Assembly: GCF_021869535.1 (NCBI RefSeq)
Contig: NW_026262690.1
Span: 24,800,001-24,864,000, forward strand
Reading direction: 5' to 3'
Origin: Mytilus californianus
Taxonomy: Eukaryota
Length of the DNA: 64,000 nucleotides
Notes under the pieces: model-generated
The model's database searches: none
The model's input: only the letters and a program-made list of their open reading frames with translations
Told to the model about the DNA's origin: nothing
Position numbers and translations under genes: made by a program
Shown: piece after piece, positions 39,301-52,223 of the stretch
Layout: each line of letters opens with the position of its first letter
How positions within the stretch are numbered: the stretch's first letter is position 1

Positions 39301-40039
39301 TGTGAGAAATGTTTTTTTCCTTGCCCTTAACTTAAAAATAGCAAGTGTCATAACTCTTGTCTACTAACATAACATATGAAGGTATACATGCTATATTCAT
39401 TTTCATCTCATTTGCCTATAGAGTACTGTTTTACAAGTTTTTACTTTATCTGATATTTTCTATTTAGAACATGGACAATGGAGAATCCTATCATATGAAG
39501 AACAATTAAACAATCACATGACTTGAAATCTATTTTTGTTTGCCGGACAGTTAAGGTCGTCTTAATATTTAAAGTCACATAATTCAAAGAAACAAACATT
39601 CAAAGCACACGTATTTTGTTTTTGTTTTGATTGGAAGGCTGTTTCACTATTAATACTTACTCCATCAGGTAATCAGCACTTCAAAAAAATAAACTAACAT
39701 ATAGCCCTAATTGGAAACTTTTTTTAATTATAAACCAAAAATTATGAAATTAAAAGTCAGAGTTCGTATATATCATATATTAACATACATCAAGGAAAAA
39801 AAAATTTCTGCAAACATATAGAAGTCATATGGACTATACTTCTAATAAATCAATTTTGGATTTGAAACGGTCAGTTTGATCTGAACAGCTCTTAAAAGAC
39901 TGAACAATAAATTCTTTACTACAAAATTATTTTATATCTACCTGTGTGACGTCATACGCGCGATTCTAAAACCTTCCATCCTTTATGGGTGGATTTTACA
40001 TAGATAAATAAAATCGTAATAGCAAAATGAGGATGTTAA

Positions 40040-40415
40040 ATTTGACGTATGTCTTTTTGTGCTTCTTTGTTACATTTGTTTGTTTTTATAGTGAATAAGA
40101 TGATAACACAATGTTGACTGCTGTACCCCTATTTTTGACATTTTTACCTATTGTGTCTGTTTGTTTTGTTCACGCATCGTTGTCAATATAATGGAATTTG
40201 ATGCGACTGTCATACAAGTGAGAGGTTTAGCTAGCTATAAAACCAGGTTCAATCCACCCTTTTCTACATAAGAAAATGCCTGTACCAAGTCAGGAATATG
40301 ACATTTGTTATCCATTCGTTTGATGTGTTTGAGCTTTTGATTTTGCCATTTGATAAGGGACTTTCCTTTTTGAATTTTCCTCGGAGTTCAGTATTTTTGT
40401 GATTTTACTTTTTTC
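40040..40415 (+). repeat. Dispersed repeat family C (twister-bearing)
   Basis: Closely similar to 37950-38277; a 3' half lies on the minus strand at about 2870-3020. Confidence 0.85.
40208..40303 (+). ncRNA. Type-P5 twister ribozyme (family C), core apparently intact
   Basis: P5 UGUCAUA/UAUGACA; P2 UC/GA; G40222-A-G-G-U; scissile C40250-A40251; T2 A-U and C-G; P3 6 bp; P4 CCUG/CAGG; T1 ACC/GGU. Confidence 0.75.
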
Positions 40416-41383
40416 TTACGTCGTTCCAGTTTCTCGGTCAATTATTAGACTTATCCACTGCTGTAAATTCAGTACTGTTAAGACATTTAGCTTGCAGTCA
40501 ATTAAGATCTGTTTAGTCTATGTTCAGACAGTTAAGTAGCTGATATTTATTTACCTGTACAAATCAAAATCATACTGAACTGTTTGAAATGCTACTACAC
40601 AGCAACTGTACTGAATTTACCACAAGCGAACTGTCTGAACAGTACTAAATCTACCGCAGTGAATAAATCTGAAAATTGACTAGAAAAATGTACATGACTG
40701 AATATTCTATTGTTCAGATTTTTCAGATTTTTCAGATTCTTCAGATTCTGTTAAGATCAAAATGACAATTCCAGACTAAAATTCATTTACTAGTGATGGT
40801 TTTCTTTTTAGCTTTGGTTTTTCTGTCTCTTCAGTTATATAACTTATCAAAATAAAACCTTGATGATATTTAGGCGGTTTGTTGCCATACAAAGGGTGTC
40901 AAGTTCGACCATTTTTAAATCAATTTGTTGTTGTATAGCACCTAATGTGCAATCTCATCTGTTGCAATGGTTAATCATCCTGCTTTCCTTCATCAACTAT
41001 TATATGCACCCAACACTGTGTCAGATTTGTTGTAATATTTCCTATATTGATAGATTTTATATGATAAAGACATAATCTTTCGACCAGTCTAATTGAGGTC
41101 TGGAGCTGGCATGTCAGTAACTGCTAGTAGTCCTTTGTTAATTTATGTTGATCATTATCATTTTGCTTGGATTAAATAGTATTTTTTCAATAAAACAAAT
41201 CATGATAAAATAGATAATACATTATGATCAATTAGATTCAGAAACAAGCAACATTGCTTATCTTAATTTGTCTTCCAAAAAATGATGACACACAACATAA
41301 TGGTGGGGCATTTTGAATGAGTGTGATTCGCATGACGGGTGATGGATGCATAACAGGAGATACTTATCCTGTCGTCGCACCAA

Positions 41384-41524
41384 GGCCTACTATGGTCATA
41401 AAAATTTACTAGGAACTCTGAGTACAAAATATTTTACTCGAAACACCAAATCCAGCATTTTGGTTGGTTGAATTCTGAGTCTGAGTACGATAATCGTACT
41501 CAAAAGTTTTATGACCACAAGGCC
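41384..41524. mobile_element. MITE with GGCC-initiated TIRs (PIF/Harbinger-like)
   Basis: GGCCTACTATGGTCATAAAA ... TTTTATGACCACAAGGCC inverted ends. Confidence 0.6.
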
Positions 41525-43321
41525 AGAGCTATCACCTTTTGTAGTTCATGCGATTTCCTCAGTTTTTGTTTGTTACCTTGTTTTGTGTCTTCCAAATCGA
41601 TTAACGAGATTTGAACTACTGTTGCCTAAACTTAGTGTGGTTAGGTTGTGTCTTATTGACGCATAACTCAAATCTCTATTAATGCAAATAGTATCTCAAT
41701 GGTTTTGATATATCAACGGTCTTCAATAAACACTAACGTTTAAATCATGAGAATATTTTTGTAAATTCATTTAAACTGAAATTAAGCAAAAATAAAGCGG
41801 GTCGTTTTTTTTCAACAATACACTACCCTGTCTCAGTAACTGATGTCGTGGTTTTCTGTTGTATGCATACATAGCTATTTAGAAATTCATTTATACTCGC
41901 ACTTGTGCGGGTTACTTTCTAAAATATACACACACAAAAAATAAAGATAAAACAGCAATATAAAAACAGGAAATATATCTGTAGGCCAATATACTGTGTT
42001 CCAGAGGACAAGTGTGTTAATAATATGCCAAGTTCTAAATGAATCGTTGACTAATACCAATTCAACAGAGATTAACAAAGACATGCTGCTTTGAAATTCG
42101 TTAAAAGAAGATGCTTTCACGGAGACACACTTGAAATCAATTTTTCAGTCTATTTAGAGGTAGGAAATATTTTTGTCGTGTCTTTCCTAGATTAGACAGT
42201 ATTTCATGGAAATTCTAATTACCAGACAATAAGGGAAACATTTTGCGTGATGAGAAATTGCAAAAAAGAAATACTGCCGGATAAGCTTGTCAAACCCCCA
42301 GGATGCTGCTTGTCAATCTGAACCAGTATCAACAATTATAATAGGCGTTTTAATTTGAAATGCATTTCGAATGATCTGTAATATTGATGTTATTTAAAAT
42401 TATGTTTCAGATAAAACATGCATACATATTTGTTCATACATTATCGTGATGACACATAAAAATCATGAACTTATAAATGTAAGAGTCTGATTCAATATAG
42501 GAACTGAAAATAAAGAGTCGGATTGGAATCGTTCTCACTTCTTTTGACAAGACTTTAGTGAGATTATTCTAGTAACTTTACTTAGTAGTAACATTTCAGT
42601 TTTAATGACTCGATTTGGTCAATAATGTTTTATCGAGATTTATCCGGTCGATGAGGGTCCGTTGGTACGTTTGTGTCGAAGAAATGTTGAAAAAAGTCAC
42701 TTCATTTTTGTTGTGATAAGAGATGTAAATGAAAAAAAACTCTACATGTGAGATATAGTAATGCCCTACTAAAAGTAAACTTCATGGAGACTATGAATAC
42801 AAAAAAAAGTTAATCAATGCAAACAAATTTAATTATATGTATACAGCTTTCTTTTCTCATTGAACTACAAATAGGTCTTGACAACCTCTTGCTTCACTTT
42901 ATATGATTTGAATATAATAAGGAAAGAGAATTGATTTAATTCAAGAAAACTTTGTATTCTAACTCTCTACAGTTAGAACTATTTCCGGAAACAATTTTTA
43001 CCAAACATGCTAGATGATATATATCGATAAATGAGTACATTGTATTTTCATATATATTTGTTTATTTCGTGATTGAAAATGATATAATATGATTTAATTT
43101 AGATGTAATATAATGATGCTTACCAGAGAGTTACCCTGGCTTTCACTAGAATGCTGGACTAGTTAAGTAAATTGTTAACAGCAATAGTGCAATATGTTGT
43201 TGAAAAAAAAGGAAACTTCTATTATTAACTACCATCACATCAATGCTATGCTAAACTTGCGTTTTAGTCAATATCTGCATGTTTATTTTAAACTGTATTT
43301 GTATCAAAGATTTTAAAAAAT

Positions 43322-43572
43322 TGTGCGGACTCACCGCTGTTGCCCCGACGGTTGGTATAAATTCAGCTTTTCTAAGAAATGTATGTCAGTATCGTTGCGC
43401 AAATCTAAAGACATATTTTGCCTCAGATTTAGCACAACAATGTTAGATCTGCAAATTTGCGTTAGTAAATTTTTGTTTTTTCCTCAGGGGGATTCGAATC
43501 CCTGCATCTGAGACATCGTGGCAACACTGCCTGCACTGTGTCCAGCGCCCTGGACCACTCGGCCAAATAGGC
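43322..43572 (-). mobile_element. tRNA-derived SINE
   Basis: Minus strand: A-box TGGCCGAGTGG (43555-43565) and B-box-like GGGATTCGAATCCC (43489-43502), followed by a non-tRNA body. Confidence 0.7.
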
Positions 43573-44974
43573 TATATAAATAAAGTTGTGGTTAGTCGAG
43601 TAATGCCTTTCCTCGTCGGCTTCATCTAGGGTTGTAACACAGTACATGATGTAAAGTGGCAAGTAAATGGTATGCCTTGTATATCAGTTATTATCTATAT
43701 AAAACACTTGATAAAAATATAACGAATGGTACAGGTTCAGTTCATAAAAAATACCAGGCATCTTGTGGAGAGTTGTCTCGTTGGCAATCATACCACATCT
43801 TTCTATTTATATATAATGAAGTATGTCAGATGCGGGTTTTGTCTACACAACATTCGCCAGTAGAGCTCGAAGAAAGTTGGAAGGTAAAATCAATATCGAA
43901 GTTTAATGCGCCTACAATCCTTTGCTTTGAGGAATTTATACATAGTTACAATGGCAAACATGGCCTTTACGAGAATCACTGTGAGTATCTCACTAGAAGT
44001 AGGAATTGATTACACTTCCGGAATATTTGAGTTCTTCCCAGTGGTAACACCGTCCATGTTTATCATATGTTTCCTAAGTATCCCTTTGTTTGTCACGTTT
44101 TTTTATTTTTTACTTATCCATAGATTCTGTGACTTACAGTTCCACGAATCAACAAATCAAGCCAATATTTCCTCTGTGTGCCTTACCTAAAATAATATTT
44201 AGCTACAATATGTCTTAATAAAACATTTTAAAGTGTGTAAAATATCTTTTTAGGTAAGGGCTTGACTTATATCTATTCCGTCTAATAGCTACAAATAATT
44301 TATGTATAAAAAGCCAGATAATGGCTCTTATCATACATGTACCTCCCTACGCCTTTCAACTATATTTTAACTTTTTTTACCGTAAAGGTTTATTCTAAGC
44401 AACGTGTGCAGGTCACTTGAAGTTCTGTATATAAATAAAAAAAAATATATAACAAAGAAAGAATTATAAAACCATTTTTACAGGTAAAATTAAATATATA
44501 TATATATTTATACATTATTTATATTGATTTTAAAGCATCTTTAATACCTTTGAAGCTATATTTATAAAAAAAGTTTGCCAGTTAGGAATAAAAAGGTGAA
44601 ATAAAACGATGATTTATCTTTGCTAATTTTGCATTAGTATGGGGCCAAAATCACAACAGCTACACTGAAAATATTCATTTTCTTTCTGTTAAATGTAAAA
44701 TGTTATGTGATACCCTATATACGTTTGTCTTTTTCAAATCGATTCTAACATCCTCCCAAATCGCAAAGAGTTATTTTTAATTATACTAGAGATATTTTAG
44801 GTAGAGGTTACTAAGGTTTAGATTTAGCCCATCACAACAAAAAGTGTACCTTTTCATTGCAAAATAATTATATAATGGTGTACTGATATTTTACTCTTAG
44901 AAACATGAATTTTCGTTTAGTTGTTATTGGCTTTGAACTAGCTTTCAGTAAAAAATGAAAACAACGCGTTATAA

Positions 44975-45192
44975 ATTTCATGCGTCCGAAGCGCTTTTCA
45001 GGATTTAACTTTATAGTTTAAGAGCTATATAACCAAACAATGACCTATTAAAATAGCCAAATCCACCTAAGGTCAACTTTGCCTGATGGAGTTGAAACCT
45101 TAGTTTCTTATAATATCAAAATTTATTAATGAACAATTTTTATCATGTCAGTACCGAAGTTTTGATTTCTGAGCTGATGATACCCTCGGGTT
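44975..45192 (-). repeat. Retrozyme-like repeat with a partial hammerhead (GAAAAGCGCTTC half)
   Basis: Reverse complement matches 26010-26290; the CUGAUGA half is lost. Confidence 0.55.
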
Positions 45193-45332
45193 TTAAAATG
45201 TCATGTGAATACTCTCAGATCTGTACTTTGTGTCTTTTGTGTTTTTGTTGGTGTTTTTAGTTTTGTATCGATCAGATGAGTTAAGTCCTTTTCAACTGAT
45301 TTTTATAGTTGTTCATATGTTGTACTGTTACA

Positions 45333-45433
45333 CCACTGTCCCAGCTTAGGGGAGGGGTGGTACAAGCAAGCCTGTTTAACCCCGTCACATTCTATATGTG
45401 CCTGTCCCAAGTCAGGAGCTCGTAAATCAGTGG
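45333..45433 (+). ncRNA. Type-P5 twister ribozyme (family B), near intact
   Basis: P2 CCC/GGG; G45352-A-GGGG; UAA 45377-45379; P3 ACAU/AUGU; P4 CCUG/CAGG; T1 UCCC/GGGG; outer CCACUG/CAGUGG. One C-to-U change in T2. Confidence 0.75.
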
Positions 45434-45893
45434 TTGTCGTTTGTTGTTGTATATCATATTTGTTTTTCATTTATTAGTGTGTACATAAATCTGGCCGTCA
45501 GTTTTCTCGTTTGAATCGTTTTACATTTGTCATTTTGGGGCCTTTTATAGCTTACAATGCGGTATGGATTTGTTCATTCTTGAAGGCAGTATGATGGCCT
45601 TTGTTGTTAACTTCAACGTCATTTGATCTCTGGCGGAGAGTTGTGTAGTGCCAATCATACCACATCTTCTTATTTTCATTTAAACGGGACAAAGGAAATG
45701 CTTGTTATTTTTTTAAGATCGTACAGATTTAACATTTTAGAAATATACAAAACCAATTGTATGGCAAATAAGTCTTTTAATCTAAATTAAGGAATTTACT
45801 TCTGCATCCCTTGTTGATCATTTTTTGCTTCCAAATTTATCTGCTTACAGTGTATTAATTTTCATTTGTAAAGTCTTTTGTAATGTCTTTGTA

Positions 45894-46927
45894 TGATTCC
45901 TTGTTGTAGAATATGTGTAATGCCTTATCACAGAATATGTCTGATGCCGTATCGCAGAATATGTCAGATGTCTTATCGCAGAATATGTCTGATTCCTTGT
46001 CGTAGAATACGTGTGATGCCTTATCGCAGAATATGCCTGATGCCTTATCACAGTATATGTGTGATTCCTTATCGCAGAAAATGTGTAATGCCTTATCGCA
46101 GAAAATGTGTAATGCCTTATCGCAGAAAGTGTGTGATGCCTTATCGCAGAATATGTCTGATACCTTATCGCAGAATATGTCGTCTGATGTCTTATCGCAG
46201 GATATGTCCGATGCCTTATCGCAGAATATATGTGATGCTTTATCACAGAATATGTCTGATGCCTTATCGCAGAATACGTGTGATGCCTTATCGCAGAATA
46301 TATCCAGTGCCTTATCGCAGAATATATCCGATGCCTTATCACAGATTATGTGTGATGCCTTATCGCAGAAAATGTGTAATGCTTTATCGCAGAATAAGTC
46401 CGATGCCTTATCACAGAAAATGTGTGATACCTTATTGCAGAATATGTTTGATTCCATGTCATAGAATATGTGTGTTGCCTTATCTCAAAAAATGTGTAAT
46501 GCCTTATCGCAGAATATGTCTAATGCCTTTTCGCAGAATATGACTGATGCCTTATCGCAAAATATGTGTGATGACTTATCGCAGAATATGTCTGATGCCT
46601 TATCTCAGAAAATGTGTAATGCCTTGTCGCAGAATATGTCTAATGCCTTTTCTCAGAATATGACTGATGCCTTATCGCAGGAAATGTGTGATGCCTTATC
46701 GAAGATAATGTGTAATGCCTCATCGCAGAATATTTGTGATGGCTTATCGAAGAATATATCTGATGCCTTATCGCAGAATATGTGTGATGACTTATCGCCA
46801 AATAAGTGTGATGCGTTACTGCAGTATATGTCTGAGGCCTTATTGCAGCTTTCATATGATGTTTTACCGCAGAATGCACGGGATATGTATGATTTCGGAT
46901 CGTAGAATAAGTGTGATCCTTATCATA
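45894..46927. repeat. Minisatellite, 24-bp unit x~43
   Basis: Consensus TGATGCCTTATCGCAGAATATGTS; it generates the stacked 8-aa-repeat ORFs in the track. Confidence 0.95.
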
Positions 46928-47559
46928 GATATCATAGATATCATGGATATCGTTAATATCATATCAAGATGACCACCAGCAGATTTTAATAGAGTACAAA
47001 GACAGTTTCTTGCTAGTGGAAAAGAAACCGCTATCCTATCGGAGCACACGAGTTCAGCTATTTTCGATGGGGTTTCAATTTCTCGATATTAAGTTTTCTG
47101 TGATTTGTTTTGTTGCTAGCCGTTTCTTTTTTCTTTCTTTTTCTAATGGCTATGGTGTTGTAATGTACTTCTACGACATGTTTGTAAATAATGTTACAAA
47201 GTCTTCTTTTCCATCCTTACAAAATGAAAAAAAAAAAAATCTTTTATACATTTGTAAACATATAGTTGAATTAATAGATTTACTGTTTTTAAAGTTAACA
47301 TGCATCGAACTGGTAAACCATCCTCTTTATTGAAAGTCAATTAAAAGGTTTTGTTAAATATTTATTTGCTCACATAGCATCCAAATCAAGTGTTACAAAG
47401 GTAATACAATCTTTATATTCCGCATTTAAAAAGGACTTTAAATCGTTATTTCGATTTTGTCTCTGATAATCTGACAGATTCATGCATATTCTGTTACAAG
47501 TAGGTTATGTCGTCATAAGCGTTTATTCATTTCTAATGCAGTTTATAATCATAAAAAAG

Positions 47560-47638
47560 ATGGAAATATTCTATAAATCTATGATTATTGCGTATTTTAC
47601 AATGTATCTTGTTGTGCTGTCGGACACTTCTTATACAG
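47560..47638 (+). CDS. Gene 2 putative first coding exon: signal peptide MEIFYKSMIIAYFTMYLVVLSDTSYT
   Basis: AAGATGG start context, hydrophobic core, phase-1 donor ACAG|GTATGT compatible with the acceptor at 52224. Confidence 0.55.
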
Positions 47639-50600
47639 GTATGTTAGTGTTTCTTTTTTTTTGTCTCTTTCTTAAATATATACTCGTATGTTATGTATAA
47701 ATAGTGAGCAAGGGTAAGCTACAACGACACAATAAATAAACTCATCATAGATATCAGGATTAGAATTTTGTATGCAAGACGCGCGTTTCGTCTACAAAAC
47801 GAAGCCAACATCATAAGTTTCAACTAAAACAATCAAAGAAATTCCATACGGAAAAGATAAGTAAAAATAAAGAGCCACCAGCAAATGACGAAATAAGACA
47901 AGAGCATACAGAAACGCCGATAGCTAATGGCGAAATTCTAGAAATGGGACAGTCCGAAACATAAAGTTACCTAAGTTTTTTTATGCAGCCCTGCCTATAT
48001 AGATTTTTTTTATCTCTATTAATAGATCTTAGGTACCTCAAATGTAGAAGCAAATATATCATGCATATTGAGGATATGTATCTATCAATAAAGAGCAGGA
48101 TAGGGGTCGGATAAAACAACGTTGAGTATTGGTAGCTATTTTCGTAAAGATTGCCTTTACACTGGTCATTTCAAACGAAAAGTTGTGCATTTGTTGCTCA
48201 CTTTTAGAGAATGACAACAATCCAACACGTTCATTGGATTTAAAGTCTGGAATCACAGAACAAGTCACAAGTGAAAGAGCTCAAAAAGCTAAAAATGCCA
48301 AGAATTCAATGACATACATTTTGTACAAAAGAACCCTATTAATTCAATTGTTTGTATTTGTTATTTAATTTTCAAATTTAACTGTTGACACATTTTATCT
48401 TTATTTGTATATTAAACACAAAGTTGATGTATTTTTTTTAAAAACATGAAATCTTTATCAGCAGATAATTTTTGTATAGATTAAACTGATTAAACACAAT
48501 TCTCGTGATTTTTAATGTAAATCCCCAGGACAGTAGTACAATAAACAAGGAAGACTTAGTTATATTTTTCTACAGCTTAAAAACATGCAAATATTTTATG
48601 GGATTCTAGGAATGTCATTCTCATACGGTAGGAAGAAAGAAGGAATGATAAAAGGTTTTTACTTGACATCTCAGTATTAACAGATAAGCCTTTATTTTAT
48701 ATATAAAACTTAAGTGTACGTTAAACTTGTATTTAAAAAGACTTTAATTTCAAAACATAATATGCAGATATGGAAACTTCAAGAAAACGGAAAAGCAACC
48801 AAACTTGAAGAAAAAAATACAGGAAAACAACTTATAGAATATACCGTATCTCACAGTGATTTTTTTTTTCAGTTCAGTGAATTAACTTTCATTTGAAAAA
48901 ACTAATGTATAGGAATGGTATTGAATTGTTAAAAGTGAATTAAATATAGAGTATTGGACTGGCATACAATTAAAGCAACCCAACGGAATATGGACCATAT
49001 CAATTAAATGTGATTGATCAAAATTATGTAGAAACGTTTCTATCAATTTAATTTCCCAAGTCAGGTGCATGTAACTCACTGCTTGTAGTTGGTTGCAGTC
49101 TGTAATATTTCTTTTTTATTTATTGTTCTACTAGCATACATCAGGCTGTTGGTTTTCTCGTTTCAAATGTTTAACATTTTATCATTTCGGGTCCTTTTAT
49201 AGCTGACTATACGGTACTAGAATGCTTATTGTAGAAAGCCGTACGGTCACATACATTTGCTTTAATCAAGTCATTTGGACTCTGGTGGATAATTGTCTCA
49301 TTGGCAATCATTGGTTTTACATTCATTACAAATGTCAAAGAAATATTAAGAATTAGATCTTCATTCACTCTACTGGAAACCAAATCATGCATGTGCCAAA
49401 ATACTGTCATGCTGCTGAGTCTGGTAAATACATCACAAAACCTCATTCAAAATTACTTACATGTAATATATCAGAAATTAAAACAGGGCTTTAAAGTTGC
49501 TATCAAACTTCGTACTCAAGGGGAGGTGCGAATCATATTGGAAGCTAAATTGAACTAAAGAGGGACGAAAGATACCAGAGGGACAGTCAAACTAAACTAA
49601 AATCTGTAGGGACATTCAATTATAATCCTTTATCTTAAATCAAATCATTTTAAATTTTCACTCTTTACACAGGTACATGTGTACTCCATTTTTAACTTAA
49701 AGACATATTGGAGACAACTATATATATACTATGCCTCATTAAAAGGAAATTCGATCATATTAAGTATAAAAAGCTTGTTTCAGAAAGATCCAGAATCGAT
49801 ACTTTGTTAAAAACCACTGATTCTAAAAACAGTTCTCTGAAACTGGCCTGTTCAAGAAGCTTGATTATATATTGTTTATGTTTGGTAAAAGTGTTTTTTC
49901 AACAGACAGTTAGCATTTTGTTATCATCTACTCGAATAAAAGTTCTTCCATTACTTTTGTTTAAATTACTAATAAAAAACAAATAAGAGAAGAACATTCT
50001 TAAGCCTAAACACATTATATCAAAAAAATTAAAAACATTTCGTACTCTTACTTGCTGGGAGGAGTCGAAGAATTATAAATACATGTTGTTTGGCCTAAAC
50101 ACAAACGTGTTTCAATGTCGAATAACTTCAAAGACAAACTGGTTATCTACGTTTGAAGATTCCACGAGGTCAATATTCGGATTAAAACTTAATACTGTAG
50201 TAATGATAAAATAAAAGATGCAAAATGCCACTATTTTTACATAAAGATTCTTTAATATTTCACTGAAATTGGTTGACTTGTTATGGAGAGTTGCAGATAC
50301 AAAGCGACAACCCTGTTGTATAAATATGACAAAGTCCCTGTATTGATCCGGGAAACCACCATATCAATTAGATATACAAATAAAATAGATGTGCATAATA
50401 TCACGTACTGAAATGTTTCCTATAGAAGCATTGAAAGTATAAAAGAGTCGGAACGAGGAAACAATTTCATAACAAAGACATACATACCTTGTAGGAATTT
50501 TCAGTGCTAAATGTGAAATGCGTTTTAAGTTTTTCTGATACTCAAGATAAACTGTTAATAATTTCACATTTACTGAACATTGAATTTTTCAAAGTAGCTA

Positions 50601-50884
50601 TTCATTCAGATTTGTTTCGTATGTTTGAAGGAGTATTGTTTGTACGAATCTCATATCTAAAGCAGAAAAATTTGATTGAATATCAACCGGATGCACGTTT
50701 AAAAAATCAAAACGAAAAAAATGTCTTTATAAATAGTAATTATCAATACAACAAAGTACAATATTTCGTTTTTGTTAAGTATATACATTTTGCAACAATT
50801 GAGTATAAAGCATTGCAGATACAGAAAACTATGAAACACCATGCAATCAAATCATCATAATTGTATACCAATATATACCATGCT

Positions 50885-51345
50885 CACCAATGACGCTCCA
50901 ATAAAAACAATAACAATTCTGAAAGGTTTTGCCAAATACAGCAAATGTAATCCCTTCCTTGGGTAGAAAATCTATAGTATTTCGAAAAATTCAAAGTTTA
51001 GTAAATTGTTAAATCATAATTATGACCATATCAATGATAATTGATGTCAACACAGAAGCGCTGACTACTAGGCTGGTGATACCCTCGGGGAAGTAATATC
51101 CACCAGCAGTGGTATCGTTCGCGTGGTAGTATCTAAACTCATCATGCATACCAGGTTTAAAAGTTTGTACACCAGACGCACGTTTTGCCTACAAAAGACT
51201 CATCAGTAACGCTCGAATAAAAACATTAAAAGTCCAAGTGAAGTACGAAGTTGGAGAGCATTAATATTGAGGACTTAAAATTCCGAAAGGTTTTGCTATA
51301 TTCACCTAAGGTTATCTAGTCTTGGAGTAGAAATGATAATCTTAG
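50885..51345 (-). repeat. Retrozyme-like repeat, more than one unit long, with an inactivated hammerhead
   Basis: Minus strand 51171-51215 reads CUGAUGA GUCU-UUUGU-AGGC AAAAC GUGC GUC (G12-to-A). 50890-50945 recurs at 51207-51310. A 3'-half motif also lies at 47776-47800. Confidence 0.65.
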
Positions 51346-52223
51346 ACTGTGGAAATTCAACAAGATTCGCATTTTTTTCTTTTCGTATGTTTTGTTTTTG
51401 GTCAGTTTTGTTTGTCATCTTTGACTTTAATTGCCCTTATTTAGCGTCTTACATACTTTGCATTTATGATTAACTTAGTAGTTGTTTGTTGCTGAACGTC
51501 TTGTGTCAACTTTCTGCACGCATATACATAACAAAAACAAATCAAATTGGTAAGTTGTCAATATGTAGGCCGATCAGATAGAAAAGGTGGGATGGAGGGG
51601 TAAGCGGAATTTAGCTGTCAATTTTGTAAACAAATATTGTTTCCATATTTGTCACAAGAACCACCATAACGTTTTATATTCACAAAAAGAACATATTGAG
51701 CCTTTATCTCAGGGGTTGTCGTTGGTTGAATGTCTGTCATATTTGTTTTTCGTAAATTGTTTTGTTATAAATTCGGCCGTTATGTTTCAAAATTGAATTG
51801 TTTCATATTTTTCATGTCGGGGCCTTTTATAGCCGACTATACGGTATTGGTTTTTCTTACTGTTGAAGGTCCTACGGTTGCCTATAATTGCTTACATCCA
51901 CCTTATTTGAACTTTGGTTGATAGTTGTCTCATTGGCAACCATACCACATGTCCTTATTTTTATTTTGAATGGCTCCATTTATTTAGAAAACCTGTTACC
52001 AGGCTGAATTTCATACATGTGCATGTAGCTTAAAACACACGGTCAGAGGTGTCCAGTGATAAAATTATTCAAAATTATCGGTCTTATATTTTTTATACAA
52101 CTTTTCCGGCCTTACCGATTGCTAGTTGCATTCAAATCACCTGTTTTCGTGTTGAATATATATGTTTTTTAAGCAACCACCAATCACAATCATTTAATCA
52201 AATCTCAATTTGATTTATTTTAG

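Larger units (their letters stand above)
36863..39747 (+). mobile_element. Decayed Sailor-like (about DD83E) IS630-Tc1-mariner transposon with long imperfect TIRs
   Basis: 36863-37175 and 39562-39747 are inverted copies. The left TIR contains a 114-bp tandem duplication (36908-37135). A transposase relic lies between them. Confidence 0.75.

Noticed and set aside
43485-43572. Functional tRNA gene
   Set aside because: It has A and B boxes but no proper acceptor stem or cloverleaf, and it runs into a repeat body; better explained as a SINE head. A weaker similar head at about 19690-19775(-) was not called.
43830-43980. Possible WSC-like exon for gene 2 (PTILCFEEFIHSYNG, followed by a GTGAGT donor)
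   Set aside because: It lacks the WSC cysteine and YAG motifs, has the wrong phase relative to gene 1, has a poor acceptor, and lies upstream of the candidate signal exon.
45845-46972. Stacked 8-aa-repeat ORFs on both strands as real proteins
   Set aside because: They are open in several frames on both strands at once, with no splice or start support and no recognisable domain; an artefact of the 24-bp minisatellite.
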